Positions 55,804-61,804 of a stretch of 61,804 nucleotides of DNA are shown here, in pieces; position 1 is the stretch's first letter, and each line of letters opens with the position of its first letter. The DNA is taken from contig JAHIPI010000040.1 of assembly GCA_018894435.1 (NCBI GenBank), positions 1 to 61,804 of the forward strand, given 5' to 3'. The notes below the pieces were generated by a model. The model made no database searches and was not told where the DNA came from. It worked only from the letters and a program-made list of their open reading frames with translations. The stretch is from Candidatus Omnitrophota bacterium. GTDB taxonomy: Bacteria; Omnitrophota; Gorgyraeia; JAHIPI01. The translations under genes were made by a program, and so were the position numbers.

Positions 55804-55831
55804 CAATTAGCAACATCAGCTGAAAGCTAAA
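55802..55831 (+). repeat. degenerate heptad array H3 filling the larB-gspE spacer
   Basis: AGCAATT AGCAACA TC AGCTGAA AGCTAAA. Shares ATCAGCTGAAAGCT (55815-55828) with H1 and H2. The first unit overlaps stop TAG 55801-55803. Confidence 0.7.
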
Positions 55832-55835
55832 AAAC

Positions 55836-57545
55836 ATGCCGATAAAACCCGAAATAATCGAAGAGATGCTTAAAGGGACCGGGCTCCTTCGCGCCGACGA
55901 GATAAAGGATGCCCTTCGCCTCCAGCGCGATACAAGAGAACGGCTCGGACTTATTTTTTTAAGGAAGGGTAGTATATCGGACGAAAATATAAGAAGCGTC
56001 GTTACCGCTCAGATAGGCATCGAAACCGAAAAGACAGAAAACCTGAAGATAGAGTCTGATACTTTAAGAAAAGTTCCGGTGACCTTTGCCCACCACCACC
56101 GCGTAATCCCCGTAAAATTCGAGAACGATACCCTTACCGTCGCAACGGATAACCCGTTTAATTTTCTTGCGTTCGGCAACTTTAAAATTTTCCTCGGTTA
56201 TAAAATAGAAGGTATTCTTACCACCGGGCAGGATCTGGATGATTTGCTGGAAAAGTATTACGGATTAAAAGAAGGCGCGCCCATTGACGCGCTGGTAGCG
56301 GGTATGGATACCCGTAAGAAGATAACGCTGAGAGAGATTGAAGAAGAAAAGGCTCGGCCGATATCAAAAGAAGAGGAGACGCCCGTAGTCAAGCTGGTAG
56401 GCCTTCTTATAGCCGAAGCCTTTAAGAAAAGAGCAAGCGATGTCCATATAGAACCCCTCGAAAACAAATTTCGTATAAGGTATAGGATCGACGGCGTGCT
56501 TCATGAAGTGCCCGGCCCTCCTAAAAGATTACAGGCCTCGGTCATAAGCAGAGTTAAGATAATGGCCGGAATGGACATAGCGGAAAAGAGGCTCCCGCAG
56601 GACGGAAGGATCAGGATAGAGATAGGCGGTAAAGAATTGGACCTCAGGGTCTCAACCCTTCCCGCCATATACGGCGAAAGCGTAGTCTTGCGAATATTGG
56701 ATAAATCCAGCTTCCTGCTTGGGTTGAAAGAGCTGGGATTTATGCCTGAGGATGAGAAGAGATTCGAACGCCTTATAAAAGCGCCTAACGGCATACTTCT
56801 TGTTACGGGGCCTACAGGCAGTGGTAAGACGACGACTCTTTACGCCTCGCTTAGCCACATAAATAAACCTGACAGAAAACTGATCACGGTTGAAGATCCG
56901 GTTGAATATCAGATAAGCGGCATAAACCAGGTGCAGGTCAAGCCGCAGATAAACCTTACATTTGCCATGGGACTGAGGAGCATATTGCGCCAGGCCCCCG
57001 ACGTAATAATGGTGGGCGAAATAAGAGATTTTGAGACAGCGCAGATAGCGATACAGGCAGCGCTCACCGGCCATCTTGTTTTTTCGACCTTGCACACAAA
57101 TGATGCGCCCGGGGCGGTGACCAGGTTGATAGATATGGGCATTAAGCCCTATCTTGTCGCCTCGGCCCTTCAGGCAGTACTAGCCCAGCGGCTTGTCAGG
57201 GTGATATGCCCCAACTGCAAAGAAGAATACGATCCCAGTAAGGAAGAGATAGCGGCGCTGAATCTCAAGCCGGAACAATTGAAAAAAGCTAAATTTTTTA
57301 GAGGAAAAGGGTGCGACGAATGCGGTAATAGCGGTTATCGGGGCAGGATAGGTATTTTTGAATTACTAATAATGACTGATGAGGTGCGGGAGATGATATT
57401 TGAAAAGGCCTCGAGCAGCACGCTAAAGGAAAAGGCAAAGAATTTCGGGATGGCGACTCTTAGAGAAGACGGAGTGAGGAAGGTGCTAAAAGGCATGACC
57501 ACTGTATCGGAAGTAATGAGAGTAACGCAGCAGGATGTGGTTTGA
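55836..57545 (+). CDS. GspE/PilB-class secretion ATPase (paralog 3)
   Basis: GPTGSGKTTTLYA, CPNCKEEY...CDEC. The N-terminal second half-motif RLGLIFLRKGSISDENIRSVVTAQ is MshEN-like. Confidence 0.9.
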   Translation: MPIKPEIIEEMLKGTGLLRADEIKDALRLQRDTRERLGLIFLRKGSISDENIRSVVTAQIGIETEKTENLKIESDTLRKVPVTFAHHHRVIPVKFENDTLTVATDNPFNFLAFGNFKIFLGYKIEGILTTGQDLDDLLEKYYGLKEGAPIDALVAGMDTRKKITLREIEEEKARPISKEEETPVVKLVGLLIAEAFKKRASDVHIEPLENKFRIRYRIDGVLHEVPGPPKRLQASVISRVKIMAGMDIAEKRLPQDGRIRIEIGGKELDLRVSTLPAIYGESVVLRILDKSSFLLGLKELGFMPEDEKRFERLIKAPNGILLVTGPTGSGKTTTLYASLSHINKPDRKLITVEDPVEYQISGINQVQVKPQINLTFAMGLRSILRQAPDVIMVGEIRDFETAQIAIQAALTGHLVFSTLHTNDAPGAVTRLIDMGIKPYLVASALQAVLAQRLVRVICPNCKEEYDPSKEEIAALNLKPEQLKKAKFFRGKGCDECGNSGYRGRIGIFELLIMTDEVREMIFEKASSSTLKEKAKNFGMATLREDGVRKVLKGMTTVSEVMRVTQQDVV

Positions 57546-57555
57546 AAATAATGTA

Positions 57556-57577
57556 GTCCCTCGGCTTCGCTCGGGAC
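57556..57577 (+). repeat. copy B of the dispersed hairpin motif, upstream of pilT2
   Basis: GTCCC TCGGCTTCGCTC GGGAC. Confidence 0.7.
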
Positions 57578-57616
57578 GATTTGCAGCCGAGCAATAGAGG
57601 GCAAATCGGAGGGCAT

Positions 57617-58681
57617 ATGGAAATAGATCAACTTTTACAAATATGTATCGAACGTAACGCGTCAGATATCCATCTTACCGTAGGAAAGCCACCTACCCTG
57701 AGGGTGGACGGTATGTTGGATCCGCTGGATTATAATCCTCTTTCGGCAAACGATACGGAAGCGCTCATCAAATCGATAACAAGCGAAAGTCATCTTCAGA
57801 AAGTCCAGAAGTTCGGAGGAGCAGATTTTGGCTTGAGTTTCGGCGATGTCGCGAGATTCCGCGTCTCTGTCTATAAGCAGAAAGGATACTGGGGGACATC
57901 GCTCCGGCTTATTCCCTCCAAGCTGCTTACATTTGAGGAGATAGGCCTGCCGCTTAGCGTAAAAGAACTTTTGCATAGGCCGAGGGGTCTTATACTTGTA
58001 ACGGGCCCCACAGGCGGCGGAAAGACGTCGACCTTGGCATCTATGACCGACTATGTAAATACTAACCGCGATGCTCATATCATAACCATAGAAGACCCGA
58101 TAGAATATTACCACGAGCATAAAAGAGGCATCATCACACAGCGCGAACTGGGGGTTGACGTATATTCTTTCAGCGAGGCGATAGTAAGGGGCCTAAGGAT
58201 GAACCCCGACGTTATACTTGTGGGAGAGATGCGCGATTTGGCTACCATAGAAGCCGCTATTCTGGCGGCGGAAACCGGCCATCTCGTTCTTGCGACGCTC
58301 CATACTACAAGCGCAGCCCAGACAGTGGATAGAATCATAAATGTGTTTCCTCCGCAGCAGCAGGAGCAGGTAAGAATGCAGCTATCTACTTCTATCCTTG
58401 CCATATTCTGCCAGCAGCTTCTTATAAAAGCGACTAAAAAAGGAAGGGTCGCGGCGTTTGAAATAATGATCACGACCTCGTCTATACAGAACCTTATACG
58501 CGAGAAGAAGACATTCCGCATAACATCCGATATTCAGACGGGGGCAAAATACGGGATGAAGACATTTGACTCATCCCTCGTAGAGCTATACCAGCGCAAC
58601 CTTATAGATTATGAGACGATGCTCCTAAAAGCATTTGAACCCGATCAGATTGAATTGCGGTTTCAAAAGGGGAGGAAATGA
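57617..58681 (+). CDS. pilT: type IV pilus retraction ATPase PilT (paralog 2)
   Basis: Start moved to ATG 57617 (GGAGG upstream). GPTGGGKTSTLAS, VILVGEMRD, SIQNLIREKK. Confidence 0.92.
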   Translation: MEIDQLLQICIERNASDIHLTVGKPPTLRVDGMLDPLDYNPLSANDTEALIKSITSESHLQKVQKFGGADFGLSFGDVARFRVSVYKQKGYWGTSLRLIPSKLLTFEEIGLPLSVKELLHRPRGLILVTGPTGGGKTSTLASMTDYVNTNRDAHIITIEDPIEYYHEHKRGIITQRELGVDVYSFSEAIVRGLRMNPDVILVGEMRDLATIEAAILAAETGHLVLATLHTTSAAQTVDRIINVFPPQQQEQVRMQLSTSILAIFCQQLLIKATKKGRVAAFEIMITTSSIQNLIREKKTFRITSDIQTGAKYGMKTFDSSLVELYQRNLIDYETMLLKAFEPDQIELRFQKGRK

Positions 58682-60396
58682 GCGAGAAGAAATATAAATC
58701 CCTGGGAAAGTTATTGCTTGATAGGGGCCTTATTACCGAAAGCCAGCTGCAGCAGTCCCTTGACGAGCAAAGGTATACCGGTAAATTGCTGGGAAGGACC
58801 CTGGTCGAGCTCGGCTTTGTCAAAGAAGACGAAATACTCAAAACGCTGGGCGTCCAGGCCGGTATAGAGTTTATCGATTTATCCAAAATAGACATACCCA
58901 AGGAAGTGCTGCAGAAGGTCTCGCCTACTATTACAAAGATATACAAGATTATGCCGGTCAAATTTGAGGGAAGTCTTCTTACCATAGCTATGAGCGACCC
59001 GCTCAATGTGAATATATCCGACGATCTCAGGTTTATGCTCGGCTGCAATATAAAGGGCGTGATAGCCAGAGAAAATGATATACTCTCGGCAATACAAAAG
59101 TATTACGGCGAAAGAGGCGAATCCATAAATGAGCTGCTCGGCGAGATAGATAAGAATATCCCGGCCGGCCAGCGCGAAGAGATAGAAGAAGAGGTGACGG
59201 ACGTTGTAGTCCTGCAGGAACTCGCCTCGCAGCCTCCCGTCGTAAAACTGCTTAACCTTATACTTTTGCAGGCGGTGAAAGACAGGGCCTCGGATATACA
59301 TTTTGAACCTTTCGAAGATAAGTATGCGATACGCTACAGGGTGGACGGTATATTATACGACATAACCACCCCGCCCAGAAATCTGGCGCTCGCGATAAGT
59401 TCAAGGATAAAGGTAATGTCAAGCCTCGATATAGCGGAACGCCGCCTGCCGCAGGACGGCCGCATAATGATATCGGTGGAAGGCAAAAACATCGATTTGA
59501 GGGTCTCTACGCTTCCGACTGTCTTTGGAGAGAGTGTCGTTATGAGGGTTTTAGACAGGGATGTTGTGAGCCTGTCGCTTGACCAAGTAGGGATGTCGGA
59601 AGACGTAAAGAAGGAGACGCGGCGCATTATTAACAAGCCAAACGGCATAGTGCTGTCCACAGGCCCGACGGGCTGCGGCAAGACGACCACGCTTTATTCG
59701 TGCCTGCGCGAAATAAATAGAATAGATTATAAAATAATAACCACCGAGGATCCGGTGGAATACGATATATCCGGGATCATACAGGTCTCCATAAAGCCGA
59801 AGATAAACCTCAATTTTGCGACCTGCCTCAGGCACATCCTGCGCCAGGACCCCGACATAATAATGGTGGGTGAAATCAGGGATGCCGAAACCGCGCAGAT
59901 AGCCATTCAGGCTTCACTTACCGGCCATCTTGTCCTGAGTACGTTACATACAAATGATGCACCGGGCACCATAACACGGCTTATAAATATGGGAGTGGAA
60001 CCGTTTCTTATAACTTCCACCCTTGAGGCGATAATAGCCCAAAGGCTCATAAGAGTAATATGTAAAAATTGCCGCGAAAGATATCATCCGGACCAGAATA
60101 CGCTTGAGGAGACAGGCCTTAGAAAGGAAGAGCTTAAGGATATGGTTTTTTATAAAGGCAAAGGTTGCGGCCAATGCAATAAAAACGGCTATAAGGGCAG
60201 GATCGGGATATTTGAGCTTCTGATTATTACAGAAGGCCTGAAACCGCTTATAATGGATAAGGTCCGGACAAGCGTGCTCAGACAGGCGGCGCGCAAAGAA
60301 GGCATGGTGACATTGAGGGAAGATGGCCTCAAAAAAGTGCGCGAGGGTATAACGACCATAGAGGAAATAATGCGCGAGACGCAGCAGTACTTATAG
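58678..60396 (+). CDS. pilB: type IV pilus assembly ATPase PilB (paralog 4)
   Basis: SLGKLLLDRGLITESQLQQSLDEQ (MshEN-like), GPTGCGKTTTLYS, CKNCRERY...CGQC. ATGA overlap with pilT2. Confidence 0.92.
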   Translation: MSEKKYKSLGKLLLDRGLITESQLQQSLDEQRYTGKLLGRTLVELGFVKEDEILKTLGVQAGIEFIDLSKIDIPKEVLQKVSPTITKIYKIMPVKFEGSLLTIAMSDPLNVNISDDLRFMLGCNIKGVIARENDILSAIQKYYGERGESINELLGEIDKNIPAGQREEIEEEVTDVVVLQELASQPPVVKLLNLILLQAVKDRASDIHFEPFEDKYAIRYRVDGILYDITTPPRNLALAISSRIKVMSSLDIAERRLPQDGRIMISVEGKNIDLRVSTLPTVFGESVVMRVLDRDVVSLSLDQVGMSEDVKKETRRIINKPNGIVLSTGPTGCGKTTTLYSCLREINRIDYKIITTEDPVEYDISGIIQVSIKPKINLNFATCLRHILRQDPDIIMVGEIRDAETAQIAIQASLTGHLVLSTLHTNDAPGTITRLINMGVEPFLITSTLEAIIAQRLIRVICKNCRERYHPDQNTLEETGLRKEELKDMVFYKGKGCGQCNKNGYKGRIGIFELLIITEGLKPLIMDKVRTSVLRQAARKEGMVTLREDGLKKVREGITTIEEIMRETQQYL

Positions 60397-60404
60397 GATA
60401 ACGC

Positions 60405-61676
60405 ATGCCGATATATTCTTATAAAGCAATAGATAAATTCGGAAAAGAGATAGCGGACGAAGTAGATGTCGCAAGTTATGACGAAGCGATAAAAAAGCTG
60501 CGCGGCCTGGGTTACTTTCCTACGCAGATTACCGCAAAGCGCAGCAAGGCATCTACTCGCGCCGCACATGCCGCGGGAGGAGCCGTTGGAGGGGTAGGCC
60601 TTTCCATGGAAATAAGCATACCGTTTCTTGGGATCGGTTCCGTCAATCAGAAACAGGTGACGCTTTTTACCCGGCAGTTAGCCACGCTTATAGGTGCGGG
60701 CCTGCCGCTTGTAAGGAGCCTTAATATTTTGCGGGACCAGATGAAGGCGGGGTCCTTTCGTAACATGGTACAGAGCGTCGCGAATCAGGTGGAAACAGGA
60801 AGTACTTTCTCAGACGCGCTGCTCAAGCATCCAAAGGCATTTTCGAGATTATTTGTTAATACCGTAAAAGCTGGCGAAACAGGGGGCGTTTTGGAAGTTG
60901 TGCTTACGCGTCTGGCGGAATTCAGCGAAAAGAGCGAGCGATTGAAGAACCGCATAAGATCGGCTCTTGCGTATCCCATCCTTGTCATCATGATAGCCCT
61001 CGGCGTCCTATCATTTCTCATAATCTTCGTCATCCCCAAGTTTATGGAACTTTTTAAGGAGCTAGGCACGGAACTTCCGCTTCCGACATTGATACTCTTA
61101 CAAATAAGCGATTTTATGCAGCATAAGTGGCTATTAGGCATCATTTTTATCGTCGGTTTTATAATTCTTTATAACTTCGCGCTGCGCTTGGAACCGTTTA
61201 GGCTTTTAATAGATAATATAAAATTGCACCTGCCGGTATTCGGCGTTTTGGCCCAGAAGGTGGCAATCGCGAGATTCTCGCGCACGCTGGGGACGCTTAT
61301 ATCGAGCGGTGTGCCCATTCTACAAGCTCTTATGATCACAAAAGATACCGCGGGCAATGAAGTCATAGCCCGTTCACTTGGCAGGGTCCATGATAGTATC
61401 CGCGAAGGTGAGTCCATAGCAGGGCCGCTGGCAAAGACGAAGATATTTCCCCTCATGGTAGTCAATATGATAAGCGTGGGGGAAGAGACCGGCTCGCTCG
61501 ACCAGATGCTTAACAAAGTAGCCGACACGTATGATGATGAGGTGGATGTTACCGTTACCGCGCTTACCTCGCTACTTGAGCCCCTGTTAATAGTGGGAAT
61601 GGGCTTAATAGTCGGCGCTATCGTAATATCGATGTTTTTACCCCTGGTCAAGCTATTGACTACGTTGAGCGCGTAA
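60405..61676 (+). CDS. pilC: type IV pilus platform protein PilC (paralog 2)
   Basis: FTRQLATLIGAGLPL and FSRTLGTLISSGVPIL repeats, with an Ala/Gly-rich insert near the N-terminus. Confidence 0.92.
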   Translation: MPIYSYKAIDKFGKEIADEVDVASYDEAIKKLRGLGYFPTQITAKRSKASTRAAHAAGGAVGGVGLSMEISIPFLGIGSVNQKQVTLFTRQLATLIGAGLPLVRSLNILRDQMKAGSFRNMVQSVANQVETGSTFSDALLKHPKAFSRLFVNTVKAGETGGVLEVVLTRLAEFSEKSERLKNRIRSALAYPILVIMIALGVLSFLIIFVIPKFMELFKELGTELPLPTLILLQISDFMQHKWLLGIIFIVGFIILYNFALRLEPFRLLIDNIKLHLPVFGVLAQKVAIARFSRTLGTLISSGVPILQALMITKDTAGNEVIARSLGRVHDSIREGESIAGPLAKTKIFPLMVVNMISVGEETGSLDQMLNKVADTYDDEVDVTVTALTSLLEPLLIVGMGLIVGAIVISMFLPLVKLLTTLSA

Positions 61677-61804
61677 TGTATACTTATAGGCTGTCACGAA
61701 ACTCGTTCTTTTAAACAGTGAAGAAGGACTTGATAAAGCGCAACTTATGACTACCACCGGATTTTACAGCAGCCAGGGCTACAGCCAATACCGATATATG
61801 CGCC

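Noticed and set aside
61747-61804. A possible start of another gene (MTTTGFYSSQGYSQYRYMR...) at the window end.
   Set aside because: Only 19 codons are visible, with no clear RBS and no pilin-type signal peptide. It cannot be supported.

Overview
This 61.8-kb bacterial window is tightly packed, and every gene I can support (about 60 CDS) lies on the + strand. I found no rRNA, tRNA, CRISPR array, transposase or integrase. The taxon cannot be determined by eye.

Most of the window is conserved housekeeping synteny:
- yggS-proC-yggT, then mtnP
- ileS-(dksA-like)-lspA-lgt-rluD, then aroA
- mreBCD-mrdA-rodA, then a TIGR03960 radical SAM gene
- (DUF2344)-rng-rplU-rpmA-obg-proBA-nadD-rsfS-argS-mfd
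- prsA-like/surA-pdxA-rsmA, gatCAB, ctpA, a yibQ-like gene, tsaD, mgtC

Two type IV pilus (T4P) modules interrupt this backbone:
- Module 1 (18.5-32.1 kb): a degenerate HAMP-GAF-GGDEF protein, pilT, a stand-alone MshEN/T2SSE_N protein, two tandem pilB genes, pilC, two small pilins and pilMNOPQ. It sits exactly between two genes (TIGR03960 and TIGR03936) that are normally adjacent or fused.
- Module 2 (54.0-61.7 kb): a bactofilin-HTH fusion, a membrane-anchored HTH protein, larB, a gspE/pilB-like gene, pilT, pilB and pilC.

The best candidates for something undescribed are:
1. An AGCTGAN heptanucleotide tandem array fills the whole stop-to-start spacer at three T4P gene junctions. It replaces any Shine-Dalgarno sequence, and two of the arrays share an identical 21-nt core.
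2. The T4P motor set appears wired to c-di-GMP: four PilB-class ATPases, two PilT, one ATPase-less MshEN protein and a catalytically degenerate GGDEF protein.
3. A bactofilin-HTH and HTH-TM gene pair sits directly upstream of the second motor cluster.
4. A 269-bp nested palindromic element lies between rsmA and gatC. It carries one of three copies of a small hairpin motif with compensatory stem changes; the other two copies sit upstream of the two pilT paralogs.

All functional calls come from motif recognition by eye. No database search was run.
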